Below, piece by piece: positions 47,857 through 58,786 of a stretch of DNA of 64,000 bases. The notes beneath the pieces were generated by a model. The model had not been told where the DNA came from and did not search any database. It worked only from the letters and a program-made list of their open reading frames with translations. Every line of letters starts with the position of its first letter. The first letter of the stretch is position 1. The stretch spans positions 224,001-288,000 of the forward strand of contig CAVXGR010000016.1 in assembly GCA_963761335.1 (NCBI GenBank). The letters run 5' to 3'. The translations under genes and the position numbers were made by a program. Origin of the DNA: an uncultured delta proteobacterium (GTDB lineage: Bacteria > Desulfobacterota > Binatia > HRBIN30 > BPIQ01).

Positions 47857-48960
47857 ATGCAGCAAAAGGTGAAGCACCGTGGGCGAGGGTTTCTGATCGT
47901 GTTGTGCGCCGGCGTCCTGGCGTTGGCGTCCGAGGCCGGAGCGAACACCGTCACCCAGAACGTCTCGTGGACGATCAACCGCTCCGGAACCTCGACCAAA
48001 TACAGAGAGGTGGCCTACGGCGACTCGATCTACGCCGGCTACCACGGATCCATCTGGGACGTCGCCGTCTGGTCGGCTCCCAACGTGCAGGCGGACTACG
48101 CCTCCAATTACTGGGGCACGGACATGGAGATCATTCGTCGCTGCAAGTCGGGCGCCGTGGCCTCGGATATCTACAACAACAAGATCGTCAAAGAGAAGAA
48201 GTACATGCAGACCTCGAACACCCGCATCGTCACCTTCGAGATGTGCGGCAACGACGGCCTGCAGGCGCGCAGCAGCTTCGCCGGCCAGAGCGGCACGTGC
48301 AACTACTCCGTGCTCAACACCGCCCTCAGCAACTGCACGACGTACCTCCAGAAGGCGATGCAGTTCATCAACGCCAACGCCTACTCGGGCACCAAGCTGA
48401 AGGTCGTCGCCAACCTGTACTATCCCGGCTATGCCGCCGACAACCACCTGAGCTCGTGCACGGATTCGAGCACCGGCCAGAAGGTCAACCTGCAGAGCGC
48501 CTTCCTCCCCTATCTGGCGAAGATCAACTGGCGCACCTGCAACGACGCCGCCCAGTACGGCTTCAAGTGCGCCGACAGCTTCGCGCAGTTCATGGGCGCC
48601 GACTACGACTCGAACGGCGACGGCGCCGTCGACTCCGAGGCGCTCAAGTACGTGCAGGGCGAGTCCGAGGCGGCCTATGTGACCCGCATCACTTCGACGT
48701 TGCGCTCGACCATCCGCGACGCCAACGGGCACCTGGCGAACGCCAGCACCAGCTACGACTACATCCAGTCGGATGACACCCACCCCACCTACGACGGCGG
48801 CACGGTCTGGGTCGGCCTCTTCGGGGGAACCGGCTCGGGCTCCGCGGCGCCGGACTTCACGCCGAGCCAGTTCGTGAACGGCAAGAACCCGGTGTGGAAC
48901 CAGTACGGCCACGAGCGCATGGGCTGGACGCTGTCGACCTACAACCCTGCGGCGCCGTGA
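47857..48960 (+). CDS. secreted SGNH/GDSL hydrolase
   Basis: signal peptide; YGDS, SGA, GND, DDTHP blocks; DSNGDG calcium-loop-like motif; strong SD. Confidence 0.85.
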   Translation: MQQKVKHRGRGFLIVLCAGVLALASEAGANTVTQNVSWTINRSGTSTKYREVAYGDSIYAGYHGSIWDVAVWSAPNVQADYASNYWGTDMEIIRRCKSGAVASDIYNNKIVKEKKYMQTSNTRIVTFEMCGNDGLQARSSFAGQSGTCNYSVLNTALSNCTTYLQKAMQFINANAYSGTKLKVVANLYYPGYAADNHLSSCTDSSTGQKVNLQSAFLPYLAKINWRTCNDAAQYGFKCADSFAQFMGADYDSNGDGAVDSEALKYVQGESEAAYVTRITSTLRSTIRDANGHLANASTSYDYIQSDDTHPTYDGGTVWVGLFGGTGSGSAAPDFTPSQFVNGKNPVWNQYGHERMGWTLSTYNPAAP

Positions 48961-48963
48961 TCC

Positions 48964-49812
48964 TCACCACGGCAGAAAACGGATGACCACGAGCATCGGG
49001 ACGCTGCCGTAGTAGGCGATCCGGTGCCCGATCTCCACGGCCCGCCGCACCCTCGCCGCGCGCGAGGGTGCGGCGAGGGCCGCGCCGAAGGCGACCGTCT
49101 CGGCGATTCCCCGCCAGAGCGCTCCGTAGAGCACGAGATAGAGCGTCAGCGTTCCCCAGTAGACGCCGAAGGTGCGTAGATAGGCGCCCAGCCCGACCAG
49201 GTAATACTGGCCGAAGGTGCCGCCGTAGGCGATGTGCTGGTGCACGCGGAACAGGGGTAACGTCGGCACCAGAGCGAATCCCGGATACTTGGCGAGCAGG
49301 TGATACCAGCGCCGCCGACGGACGTGCTGCTTGGCGCTGGCGTATGCCGCCGCCGGTTGTCGCATGGCCGTGCGCGCCTGCTCCGGCCCGCCGGCGGCCG
49401 CCAGGGCCGCGAGGAGCGCGGCTGGGTCCGCCGTCTGCAGCCCGTACCGAAAGCGGCGACCCGTTCGCCGCCGCAGCCATACGCCGCTGCCGGGGAGCGG
49501 CACTCTCCACACGTCCACCCGGGCGATGGCGCTGCACGGGATCTCGACCCGTCGCTCGCGGTGGAGCAGCAGCAGTCGGCCGGCGTCGACCCGGACCTCC
49601 ACGGAGAAAGCGAGCTCGATCAGCCAGGCGGCGACTCCCGGGGCGACGCTGAGGATGAGGAGCGCGCGCACCAGCATCAGCGGCATGATCGGCGGATTGC
49701 GCGAGAAGATGACCAGCGCCAGCAGCGCCGGCAAGCTGCCGCGGCTGATCGCCAAGAAGACGGCCGCGATGATGCGCCAGGGGAAGGGGTAGGCGACGCC
49801 TTTGATGCTCAT
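48964..49812 (-). CDS. hypothetical polytopic membrane protein
   Basis: 282 aa, several TM segments, HQHIAYGGTFGQYY loop. Confidence 0.7.
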   Translation of the reverse strand: MSIKGVAYPFPWRIIAAVFLAISRGSLPALLALVIFSRNPPIMPLMLVRALLILSVAPGVAAWLIELAFSVEVRVDAGRLLLLHRERRVEIPCSAIARVDVWRVPLPGSGVWLRRRTGRRFRYGLQTADPAALLAALAAAGGPEQARTAMRQPAAAYASAKQHVRRRRWYHLLAKYPGFALVPTLPLFRVHQHIAYGGTFGQYYLVGLGAYLRTFGVYWGTLTLYLVLYGALWRGIAETVAFGAALAAPSRAARVRRAVEIGHRIAYYGSVPMLVVIRFLPW

Positions 49813-49846
49813 ACACTCTTCTGATCGCGCCGGTCAGGTCTTCTGC

Positions 49847-50560
49847 CTACTTGCGGGAGCGCAGCAGTGCTTCGGCGCCGGCAACGTCTTCCGCGGTGGT
49901 GATCTCCAGCCGCCCGCGGACGGGAACGGCGAGGACGCGGCCGCCGCTGGGAATGAAGGCATTGAGCGCCGTGGTGACATGGCGCTCGCCGTCGTGCGTT
50001 TCGGCCGTGGCGAGGTAGAGCGACAGCTCGGCCGTAAGCCAATAGAGCGGCATCGCCACTAGGCCGGAGAGGGGGGTTGTGGGCTTCTCGACGATCTCGC
50101 GAACCAGCTCGCCGTCGAGGCGCACGGCGCTGCGGCTCCGGGTCGCGGCCTCGCCCATGTCGAGAACGCCGACGGCAGCGGCGCCGGGCTCGGCGCGGCC
50201 GCGGGCGATGAGATGGACGATGTCCCCGGGCTCGAAGAGGCTGTCACAGGCGCAGGCGACGTAGGCGTCGGTGGCGAGACAGCGGGCGCCGATGAGAACC
50301 GCCTCGGCGATGCCGCGCCGTTCCGCCTGCACGGCGACGTCGACGTCGGCCGCGTAGCGGCGCAGATGGCGGCGAAGTCGCTGGTCATCGGCGTGGGCGA
50401 CGACCACCAGACGATCGACGCCGGCGGCGCGCAAGCGGTCGATGACGTGGTCGATCAGCGGCCGACCGTCGATGGGAACCATGGGCTTCGAGTGTCTCTT
50501 GCCGATCTCTCCGAGCCGCTTTCCGGCGCCGGCCGCCAGGATCACCGCGCTGCACGACAT
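49847..50560 (-). CDS. sugar-phosphate nucleotidyltransferase
   Basis: AVILAAGAGKRL, SKPMVPI, IVEKP. Confidence 0.85.
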   Translation of the reverse strand: MSCSAVILAAGAGKRLGEIGKRHSKPMVPIDGRPLIDHVIDRLRAAGVDRLVVVAHADDQRLRRHLRRYAADVDVAVQAERRGIAEAVLIGARCLATDAYVACACDSLFEPGDIVHLIARGRAEPGAAAVGVLDMGEAATRSRSAVRLDGELVREIVEKPTTPLSGLVAMPLYWLTAELSLYLATAETHDGERHVTTALNAFIPSGGRVLAVPVRGRLEITTAEDVAGAEALLRSRK

Positions 50561-50571
50561 GAGACGCTGCC

Positions 50572-51675
50572 TCAATGCTCCGGCTGGTGCTGGACCGTGC
50601 CCGTCTCGATCTCGAGCCCCGTTCGACTGACCGGCAGCACCAGGACCTGGGCGCCGGTGAGCCCGAGTCGAGCGGCGGCGTCCCTCATGGCGGCGGCGAT
50701 CGACTCTTCCCCTCCCGGCCGCGACAAGGCAAAGACGGCGCCGCCGCCTCCGGCGCCGGTGAGCTTGGCGCCGAGGGCGCCGGCTCCGAGGGCGGCGGCG
50801 ACGAGGGAGCGGACCTCCGCTCCGGCGCCGTGCGCGAAGCCGCAGTACTGCATCATCTCGTCGACCAGCTCCTGGTTGCGCGTGATCTGCCGCCCGAGGC
50901 CCTCGAGGTCTCCGCCGAGAAGGGCGACCTTGCCGCGCCAGGCGGTCTCCCCGATCTGCCGCGCCAGCGCCAGCATCCGGCCGCTTCCGGCGCGCCGCTC
51001 CTCGAGATAACGCCGGCGCATCGGGGCGTGCACCGCCCCGGAGTCGCGGCGCACGCCCGTGGTGGCGACGCAGAAGCGCAGCGCCGGTGCGCGCGCCCCG
51101 AGCATCTCATACGTCGCGTACGGCTCCTCGCCCAGAGGGGCGTGGGCGAGCTTGCCGCGATAGGTGATGTAGGCGACGTCGCCGAAGAGGGGCACGTAGC
51201 GATCGGCGTAGCCGCAGGTCACCCCCATCTCCATCTCCTCGGCCCGCTGCGCGATCTCGGCGACCACGTAGTCGTTGTAGCGGCGCGGGTCGAGTGCGTA
51301 GGCGGCGCGCAGGGCACAGAGAACCGCAAGCACCAGGACCGACGATCCGGCGAGGCCGCTCGAAGCCGGTACATCCGTCCACGTGGTGATGCGTGCGCCG
51401 CGTCGGCTCAATCCGGCGCCGAGCTCGGGGGCGTGCCGCAGGAGAGCATTCACCGCCGCGGCTTCCACCGCGAAGCCGCGCGGGTCCTCGATGCGTCCGC
51501 GCCCGAAGACCGCGGTCCCGCCGCCCCGGCGGCCGAGCTCGAGATCACCGCCGGCCTCGATGCGCGCCCCGCCGCGCAAGGCGACGGCGGCCGAGATGGT
51601 GGCGTAGGCGCCTTCGACGGCGTCCGTCGGACTGCCGACGACGTTGATTCGCGCCGGAAGAGATACGTCGATCAC
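50572..51675 (-). CDS. GHMP-family sugar kinase (glucuronokinase-like)
   Basis: PARINVVGSPTD, PASSGLAGSS, GYADR, DSGAVH, GAKLTGAGGGG. Confidence 0.8.
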   Translation of the reverse strand: MIDVSLPARINVVGSPTDAVEGAYATISAAVALRGGARIEAGGDLELGRRGGGTAVFGRGRIEDPRGFAVEAAAVNALLRHAPELGAGLSRRGARITTWTDVPASSGLAGSSVLVLAVLCALRAAYALDPRRYNDYVVAEIAQRAEEMEMGVTCGYADRYVPLFGDVAYITYRGKLAHAPLGEEPYATYEMLGARAPALRFCVATTGVRRDSGAVHAPMRRRYLEERRAGSGRMLALARQIGETAWRGKVALLGGDLEGLGRQITRNQELVDEMMQYCGFAHGAGAEVRSLVAAALGAGALGAKLTGAGGGGAVFALSRPGGEESIAAAMRDAAARLGLTGAQVLVLPVSRTGLEIETGTVQHQPEH

Positions 51676-51836
51676 CGATCGGCGGCTATCACAGAGCCGG
51701 CTCCCTGCACAACGAGGACATGGTGCTGAGGTGTTGGGGTGTTGGGGAGACCAATTGTCGAGTCGTGTTGTGCATTCTGCGATGTCGGATACTGACAAGC
51801 ATGATTGTTGGTCATTCTGGTCGCTGCGGGCGTGGG

Positions 51837-51980
51837 TCCCCTCTCCCGCATTGCTGGCGGGAGAGGGTCAGGGTGAGGGCGCCGATCTCTTTGAAGGCCG
51901 CGAAGATCGACGAGTCTTCAGTGAAAAAGGGACCCCTCTCCTTAGTCCTCTCCCCGCGGAAATGCGGGGAGAGGCGACTG
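51837..51980. repeat. family D double-hairpin element
   Basis: see 46250-46400. Confidence 0.8.
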
Positions 51981-52052
51981 GCGCGGCGGGTGCAGAAATA
52001 ATCGCAAGCGTCACCTGGACATTGCCGATCGTCCCCCGGATGTTGGGCTGGG

Positions 52053-52730
52053 TCAGCGGTCGACGCGAAAGCCGCCTTCTGCGTCGAGTTGGACGGCACC
52101 GGTGGCAAAGTGCCATTGCTTGAAACCGATGGTCCCGTAGCCGACGGTGCCGGCGATCTTCCGTCCGGCGAAGCCTTGGCTGACGCGAACCGCCGGTGAG
52201 TTCCACCAGGCGACGATGGAGATCGAGCGCCTGCAGCCGGCGTCGCGCGCCCGGCGCAGCGCCATGGCGTGAAAGGCGGCGTGCAGGCCGCGACCCCGGA
52301 AGGCCGGGTGGGTGAAGGCATATCCCGAGAGAGCGTCACCCTCCGCCGGAAGCAGAGTCAGCCCGAGGTAAGGCTGACAGCTGGGACGGGTCGTGTCCCA
52401 GCGGAAGTGCGCCGGCGTCTGGTCGAGGACCCCCAGGTGGCACTGCTGTCCCTCGCGCCACCGCTGGCGGACCTCCGCTTCAACGAGCCTCGGATTGATG
52501 TTACGCAGCGGTTCGATGTCGCCTTCCTCCAGCAGCGTCGAGTGCAGGCCGTGAAGTGCCGGGACCGCGGGGAGATCCGTGTCCAGGTCTCGCACCAGCA
52601 CCAGATATCGCCGCTCCACGGACCAGCGCGGTGCGGTGCGCAGCAGACCGGACCATCCCAGGATCAGTCTGGCGTCCTGGATGCGAATCGCGAATCGACG
52701 GAGGCGCGCCAGCGCGGCTTGCAAAGACAC
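52053..52730 (-). CDS. GNAT-family acetyltransferase
   Basis: FTHPAFRGRGL acetyl-CoA motif, WNSPA. Confidence 0.75.
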   Translation of the reverse strand: MSLQAALARLRRFAIRIQDARLILGWSGLLRTAPRWSVERRYLVLVRDLDTDLPAVPALHGLHSTLLEEGDIEPLRNINPRLVEAEVRQRWREGQQCHLGVLDQTPAHFRWDTTRPSCQPYLGLTLLPAEGDALSGYAFTHPAFRGRGLHAAFHAMALRRARDAGCRRSISIVAWWNSPAVRVSQGFAGRKIAGTVGYGTIGFKQWHFATGAVQLDAEGGFRVDR

Positions 52731-52824
52731 GGAAGGAACATAGCATGAACACTCGGTGCGGCACCTCTTGGGGCGCGCGGAACACGGGCCGCCGCCGCGC
52801 CTGGCGCTCCGATTGGCTGCGGTG

Positions 52825-54201
52825 ATGACCTCCTCGTGGCTACCGCGACTGGTGACGGAAATGCACCGGCGGCTGGTTCCCCGCTCTCCATGGGCGGAGG
52901 TCCGCCGTCTCCGGGCGCTGCAATGGCAGGCGCCGGAGCTGGTGGAGGCAGAGGCGGTGCGTCGCCTGCGGGCGCTGCTGGCGCATGCATTCGCCCATGT
53001 GCCGCGCTATCGGCGGCTGTCGAGAGAGCTCGGCATCGACGCCGGCGCCTTTGGCGGCTTCGCCGACCTGCAACGCCTGCCGCCGATCGCCAAGGCCGAG
53101 CAGCGCACCCTCTTCCCGGCGGGGGTCACGGCGGACAACCGCGCCTTGTCCGGCGCCGTCAAACGGGTCACCGGTGGCTCGACGGGCACGCCGTTGGAGT
53201 TCTACGCCGATCGCGGCGATGCCCAGCGACGGCTCGGTACCTACCTCCTGTTCCGCGAGTGGGCCGGCGTGGGCGAAGGGGATGCCCGGCTGCACGTGGC
53301 CAGCCCAACCCACTTCGCCATCCGCCCATCCCGGATCGAGCTGCTGATGCGGCGGTTGCTCCTCGGAGAGCGCCTGGTGGTCTATTCGGGCGCCGCGCTC
53401 GACCCGCAGGAGGTCCGCCGTTGGGTGGCGGGGCTGGGGCGCGGGCGACAGTACTTCCTGTGGACCTATCCGTCCTACGCGGCGCGGCTGGCCGCGGAGA
53501 TCGACGCCGGACGGCTGTCGCTGCCCGCCTGGCCGAAGGTGGTGATCAGCTATGCCGAGACGCTCACGGAGCTGAACGCCGCCAACATTGCCCGCGCCTT
53601 TCGCTGCCGGGTGGTGAACCTGTACTCGAGCATGGAGGTGCCGCTGATGGCGGTCTCCTGTCCCGACGAGCCGCGGGTGATGCACTGCAACAGCCAGCGC
53701 GCCATCGTCCGCGTCATCCGTGACGACGGCAGCGATGCCGCGGTCGGCGAGCGCGGGCGAGTGGTGGTCACCGACCTGGCGAACTACATCATGCCGTTCA
53801 TCAACTACGAGATCGGTGACTGGGCAGTGGCCGGGGGGCCGTGCTCGTGCGGGCGCGGCTTCCCCACTCTCGCCCGCCTGGAGGGCCGCAGCTCGGAGGT
53901 CATCCGCACCGTCGTGGGGCGTCAGATCGCGGCGTCGGCCCTCAGCGGATTCCTGCTGGAGAGGTGCGCGGCGGCGGTGTGCATCAGCGAGTATCAGGCT
54001 GTGCAGACCGGCCACGATACCGTGGTCCTGCGCGTCGTGCCGACGCCGGCGTTCACCGCGGAGGTCGCCAGCGAGCTACAGCGCAGCTTCGCGGAGTTTC
54101 TCGGAGCGGACATGCGAGTGACCGTCGAGGCGGTGCAGGCCATTGCCACCGAGCCGTCAGGGAAGCGCCTGGTCATCAAGTCCGAGCTGCCGCGGGATTG
54201 A
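52825..54201 (+). CDS. phenylacetate-CoA ligase family (CapK/F390-like) adenylate-forming enzyme
   Basis: [35 protein letters not shown]; start uncertain. Confidence 0.8.
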   Translation: MTSSWLPRLVTEMHRRLVPRSPWAEVRRLRALQWQAPELVEAEAVRRLRALLAHAFAHVPRYRRLSRELGIDAGAFGGFADLQRLPPIAKAEQRTLFPAGVTADNRALSGAVKRVTGGSTGTPLEFYADRGDAQRRLGTYLLFREWAGVGEGDARLHVASPTHFAIRPSRIELLMRRLLLGERLVVYSGAALDPQEVRRWVAGLGRGRQYFLWTYPSYAARLAAEIDAGRLSLPAWPKVVISYAETLTELNAANIARAFRCRVVNLYSSMEVPLMAVSCPDEPRVMHCNSQRAIVRVIRDDGSDAAVGERGRVVVTDLANYIMPFINYEIGDWAVAGGPCSCGRGFPTLARLEGRSSEVIRTVVGRQIAASALSGFLLERCAAAVCISEYQAVQTGHDTVVLRVVPTPAFTAEVASELQRSFAEFLGADMRVTVEAVQAIATEPSGKRLVIKSELPRD

Positions 54202-54209
54202 GGGGCTTG

Positions 54210-54274
54210 GGGGAAACCCCTACCGGCCCCTGGGGAATTCCCAATTGCGCGTCACCTGGGGCAAATGCGATGGT
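54210..54274 (+). promoter_or_regulatory. tandem regulator boxes plus putative promoter upstream of the ABC exporter
   Basis: GGGGAAACCCCTA and GGGGAATTCCCAA 22 bp apart; same architecture at 59563-59627. Confidence 0.55.
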
Positions 54275-54308
54275 TGCCTCGGTGGCCACGGAAGGCCCCC
54301 TTTCTCTC

Positions 54309-54432
54309 GCTGTCTCGAGAGCCGCGCCAATGGAGTTCCGCCGGCCGGCGGGCGAAGCAGAAGCGGCGTCCTCGGCACGCGCCGCTTCCGAAAGCGCCGA
54401 GACGGCGCTTCTACCCTTCTTGAAACAGCCTC
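54309..54432. mobile_element. diverged family B MITE
   Basis: Right end (rc) GAGGCTGTTTCAAGAAGGGTAGAAGCGCCGTCTCGGCGCTTTCGGAAGCGGCG matches 7538-7592. Confidence 0.65.
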
Positions 54433-54477
54433 TCTTGTCCGGGGGGCGGTGCGGTGGTAGCGGTCGACAGGGGCGCG

Positions 54478-55209
54478 ATGGTGGCCGATACGCACGACGG
54501 CGAGCGCCGCGCCGTTTTTTCCGCCCGCGGGCTCTCGAAGGTCTACTCCATGGGCGAGGTGCAGGTGTACGCTCTGCGCGCGGTCGACCTCGACCTGTAT
54601 CGCGCCGAGCTGGTGGTCCTTCTCGGGCCGTCGGGAAGCGGCAAGTCGACGCTGCTCAACATCCTCGGCGGCCTCGATGTGCCGACCAGCGGCACCGTCC
54701 GCTTTCTCGATCACGATCTGACCTCCGACGACGACCGCGCCCTGACGCGCTTCCGCCGCGAGCACGTCGGTTTCGTCTTTCAGTTCTACAACCTCATCCC
54801 CAGCCTGACGGCCCGCGAGAACGTGGCGCTGGTGACCGAGATCGCCGCCGCGCCGATGCGTCCGGACGAGGCTCTCCATCTCGTCGGGCTGGGCGAACGC
54901 CTCGATCACTTCCCGGCGCAGCTCTCGGGCGGCGAGCAGCAGCGCGTCGCCATCGCCCGTGCCATCGCCAAGCGCCCCGACGTCCTGCTCTGTGACGAGC
55001 CCACCGGCGCTCTCGACTTCGAGACCGGCAAGCTGGTGTTGCAGGTGATCGAGCGGGTGAACCGCGAGCTCGGCACCACCACGGCGATCATCACGCACAA
55101 CGCCTCGGTCGCCGCCATGGGGGATCGGGTCGTGCGCCTGCGCAGCGGCGAGATCATCGGCATCGAGACCAACCCGGTGCGCGCTTCGCCGCTCGATCTG
55201 CAATGGTGA
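54478..55209 (+). CDS. ABC transporter ATP-binding protein (MacB/LolD-like)
   Basis: [28 protein letters not shown]-loop. Confidence 0.93.
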   Translation: MVADTHDGERRAVFSARGLSKVYSMGEVQVYALRAVDLDLYRAELVVLLGPSGSGKSTLLNILGGLDVPTSGTVRFLDHDLTSDDDRALTRFRREHVGFVFQFYNLIPSLTARENVALVTEIAAAPMRPDEALHLVGLGERLDHFPAQLSGGEQQRVAIARAIAKRPDVLLCDEPTGALDFETGKLVLQVIERVNRELGTTTAIITHNASVAAMGDRVVRLRSGEIIGIETNPVRASPLDLQW

Positions 55210-55213
55210 GGCG

Positions 55214-57577
55214 ATGACGGCACTGCACCGCAAGCTGCTGCGCGATCTCCTGCACTTGCGCGGACAGGTGTTGGCCATCGCGCTGGTGGTCGCCTGTGGG
55301 GTGGCGACCTTCGTCACCACGCGCACCGCCTACGATTCCCTGCTGATGTCGCAGCAGACCTACTACGCCGCCTACCGCTTCGCCGACGTCTTCGCCTCCC
55401 TCAAGCGCGCCCCGGACTGGGTGGCCGAGCAGATCGCCGCCATTCCCGGCGTGGCGGCGGTGCGCACGCGCATCGCCTTCGACGTGGTGCTCGACGTCGC
55501 CGGACTGCCCGAGCCCGCCACCGGCCGCATCCTCTCGATTCCCCAGCGGCGGGTGCCGATGTTGAACGACATCTACCTGCGCCGCGGGCGCTTCATCGAG
55601 CCGGGCCGGCGCGACGAGGTGATCGTCGGCGAGGCGTTCGCGCTGGCGAATCACCTGGAGGTCGGCGACAGCCTTGCCGCCATCCTGAACGGCCGCTGGC
55701 AGCGCCTGCGCATCGTCGGCATCGGCCTGTCCCCGGAGTACGTCTACGAGATCCGCGGCACCGACCTGTTCCCCGACAACAAGCGCTTTGGAGTCCTGTG
55801 GATGAGCCGCGATGCCATGGGGCCGGCGTTCGACATGGAGGGCGCCTTCAACGACGTCGTCCTGACCCTGGCGCGCGACGCACTCGAGCCCGAGGTGATC
55901 GCGCGCTTGGACCGGATTCTCGACCGCTACGGCGGGCTGGGGGCCTACGGCCGGCGCGACCAGATCTCGAACCGCTTTCTCTCCGACGAGATCTCGCAGA
56001 ACCGCATCTTCGGCACCGTGCTGCCGGCCATCTTTCTCGGGGTCGCCGCCTTCCTGCTGAACGTCGTGCTGTCGCGGCTGGTGAGCACGCAGCGAGACCA
56101 GATCGCGGTTCTCAAGGCGTTTGGCTACAGCGACTTCGCGGTGGCGGTGCACTACGTCCAGTTCGCCATGGTGGCGATCCTCGGCGGCGCCGCCGCCGGC
56201 ATCGCTCTGGGTCTCTGGCTCGGGGCGCTGGTGAACGACATGTACGTCAACTTCTATCGCTTCCCGGTGCTCCGCTACGAGGCGGGCCCGACGGTGGTCC
56301 TGCTGGCCGTGGCCATCGCTGGGGGCGCCGCTCTGCTGGGGGCAATCAGCGCGGCGCGGCGCGCCCTGGCGCTGCCGCCCGCGGAGGCAATGCGGCCGGA
56401 GCCGCCGCAGCGCTTCCACGCCGGGCTCCTCGAGCGCAGTGGCGTACGGCGGTTGCTGCCGGCGACGGCGCGCATGATCATTCGCCATCTCACGCGCCGT
56501 CCGGGTCGCGCCGGCCTGTCCGTGCTGGGCATGGCCATGGCCGTCGCCATTCTCATCGTCGGGCGCTACTTCGTGGACTCGGTGCGATACATCGCCGACG
56601 TGCAGTTCCGCATCGTGCAGCAGGACGACGTCACCGTGACCTTTCAGAATCCGGTGTCGAGCCGCGCCCGCCAGGAAATTGAGCATCTGCCGGGAGTGTT
56701 GCGCGTCGAGCCCTTCCGCGCCGTGCCGGTGCGGCTGCGCTTCGGGCACCGCACCCATCGCACGGCGCTGCTCGGCTTCGAGCCGGGGGCGCAGCTGCAC
56801 CGCCTGGTGGATTCGCGATTCCATCCCTTCGAGCTGCCCCCGGCCGGAGTGCTGTTGACGGCCAAGCTGGCCGACATGCTGGGCGTGTCCCCGGGGGACC
56901 GCTTGACCGTCGAGGTGCTCGAGGGGGAGCGGCCGGTGCGGCGCCTGGCGGTGGTCGGCACCGTGGAGGAGCTGGTCGGCCTGTCGGCGTACATGACGCT
57001 CGACGGCGTCAGCCGCCTGATGCGCGAGGGCGGGGCATTCTCCGGCGCCTTCCTCGCGGTCGAGCCCAGCGCCGCGCCGCGCCTCTACGCGGAGCTGAAG
57101 CAGATCCCCGCGGTCGCCGGCGTCAGCATTCGCGAGGTGGCCCTGCGGAGCTTCGAGGACACGCTGGCGAAGAGCATGGGCATCTTCACCACGGTCCTGG
57201 TGACCTTCGCCTGCGTGATTGCCGCGGCGATGGTCTACAACGCGGCGCGCATCGCCCTCTCCGAGCGCGGCCGCGAGCTGGCGAGCCTGCGGGTCCTCGG
57301 CTTCACGCGCGGCGAGGTGTCGGTGCTGCTGCTCGGCGAGCAGGCGATTCTCACCCTGTTGGCGATTCCGCTGGGCGACTGGTTGGGCTATCAGATGTGC
57401 GCCTTGCTCGCCCGCCAGTATCAGTGGGAGCTCTTCCGGCTGCCCCTCGTGGTCACCCGCGAGACCTATCTCTTCGCCTTCCTGGTGGTGGTGATCGCGG
57501 CGGTCGCCTCGGGCCTTCTGGTGCGGCGGCGGCTCGACCGACTCGACTTGGTGGCGGTTCTGAAGACGAGGGAGTAG
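55214..57577 (+). CDS. ABC transporter permease with duplicated MacB/FtsX domains
   Basis: two repeats of periplasmic domain plus TM block ([16 protein letters not shown]). Confidence 0.9.
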   Translation: MTALHRKLLRDLLHLRGQVLAIALVVACGVATFVTTRTAYDSLLMSQQTYYAAYRFADVFASLKRAPDWVAEQIAAIPGVAAVRTRIAFDVVLDVAGLPEPATGRILSIPQRRVPMLNDIYLRRGRFIEPGRRDEVIVGEAFALANHLEVGDSLAAILNGRWQRLRIVGIGLSPEYVYEIRGTDLFPDNKRFGVLWMSRDAMGPAFDMEGAFNDVVLTLARDALEPEVIARLDRILDRYGGLGAYGRRDQISNRFLSDEISQNRIFGTVLPAIFLGVAAFLLNVVLSRLVSTQRDQIAVLKAFGYSDFAVAVHYVQFAMVAILGGAAAGIALGLWLGALVNDMYVNFYRFPVLRYEAGPTVVLLAVAIAGGAALLGAISAARRALALPPAEAMRPEPPQRFHAGLLERSGVRRLLPATARMIIRHLTRRPGRAGLSVLGMAMAVAILIVGRYFVDSVRYIADVQFRIVQQDDVTVTFQNPVSSRARQEIEHLPGVLRVEPFRAVPVRLRFGHRTHRTALLGFEPGAQLHRLVDSRFHPFELPPAGVLLTAKLADMLGVSPGDRLTVEVLEGERPVRRLAVVGTVEELVGLSAYMTLDGVSRLMREGGAFSGAFLAVEPSAAPRLYAELKQIPAVAGVSIREVALRSFEDTLAKSMGIFTTVLVTFACVIAAAMVYNAARIALSERGRELASLRVLGFTRGEVSVLLLGEQAILTLLAIPLGDWLGYQMCALLARQYQWELFRLPLVVTRETYLFAFLVVVIAAVASGLLVRRRLDRLDLVAVLKTRE

Positions 57578-57583
57578 GGCGGC

Positions 57584-58783
57584 ATGTCGGCTTGGCGGAT
57601 ATTGGCGGTGGCAGTTGGCCTGGCGATTGTCGCCGGCGTGACCTACCTGGCTCTGCGCACGCCGGCGGTGCGCGTCGTCATGGCGCCGGCGGAACGCGGC
57701 CGCCTGCAGGTCGCCGTCGAGGAGGAGGGGCGCACCCGCGTGCGCGACCGCTTCACCGTCGCCGCTCCCATCAGTGGCCGCCTGGCGCGCATCGCTCTGG
57801 AAGCCGGCGACGGTGTCGACCGCGGCGCGGTGGTGGCGCGCATGGCGCCGCTGCCACTCGACCCGCGGGCGCGCTCCGAGGCGACGGCGCGTCTGGACGC
57901 CGCCGAGGCGGCGCTGCGCGAGGCGAAGGCGCGCGTCGAGCAGGCGCGTGCGGCGCTCGAGCAGGCACAGCGCAGCGCCGCGCGCTCGCGCCGGCTGGGG
58001 GCCGCGGGGACCATCCCCGCCGAGCAGCGCGAGCAGGCGGAGCTCGCCGAGACCGAGCGGCAGAAGGAGCTGGAGGCGGCGCTCTTCGCCGCTCATGGCG
58101 CGGCCTTCAACCGGGAGGCGGCCCGCGCCGCGCTGATCGGTCCCGGCAGTGCCGACGGCGAGGCGCTGGTGGGGGCCTGCGAGGCGGATGCGGCGGCGTG
58201 CATCGAGCTGCGCTCGCCGATTCACGGCAGCGTCCTGCGCGTCTTCGAGAAGAGCGAGCGCGTTCTGTCGATGGGCACGCCTCTGCTCGAGCTGGGAGAT
58301 CCGCGGGCGCTGGAGATCGTCGTCGACGTGCTCTCGACCGACGCGGTGAAGGTGCACGCCGGTGATCCGATGTCGGTCGAGGACTGGGGTGGGGGCGAGG
58401 CCCGCCGCGCCCGGGTGCGGCTCGTCGAGCCGTCCGGGTTCACCAAGGTCTCGGCCCTCGGCGTCGAGGAGCAGCGCGTCAACGTCATCGGAGATTTCCT
58501 CGACGACCCGCAGCCGCTCGCCGACGGCTATCGCATCGAGGCCAGGATCGTTGTCTGGGAGGGAGCGGATGTGCTGAAGATCCCGGCGACGGCGCTCTTC
58601 CGCCACGCCAACAAGTGGAACGTCTTCACCGTGGTCGACGGCCGCGCCCGGCGCCGCGAGATCGAGGTCGGCCAGCGCAGCGACACCCAGGCACAGGTGC
58701 TCGGGGGGCTCGAGCCCGGCGACCTGGTCATCGTCCACCCGAGCGATCAGGTCGACGAGGGCGTTCCCGTCGAGCCGCTGTAG
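57584..58783 (+). CDS. efflux periplasmic adaptor (MFP, MacA/HlyD-like)
   Basis: N-terminal TM, coiled-coil hairpin, KVSALGVEEQRV. Confidence 0.9.
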   Translation: MSAWRILAVAVGLAIVAGVTYLALRTPAVRVVMAPAERGRLQVAVEEEGRTRVRDRFTVAAPISGRLARIALEAGDGVDRGAVVARMAPLPLDPRARSEATARLDAAEAALREAKARVEQARAALEQAQRSAARSRRLGAAGTIPAEQREQAELAETERQKELEAALFAAHGAAFNREAARAALIGPGSADGEALVGACEADAAACIELRSPIHGSVLRVFEKSERVLSMGTPLLELGDPRALEIVVDVLSTDAVKVHAGDPMSVEDWGGGEARRARVRLVEPSGFTKVSALGVEEQRVNVIGDFLDDPQPLADGYRIEARIVVWEGADVLKIPATALFRHANKWNVFTVVDGRARRREIEVGQRSDTQAQVLGGLEPGDLVIVHPSDQVDEGVPVEPL

Positions 58784-58786
58784 CGG

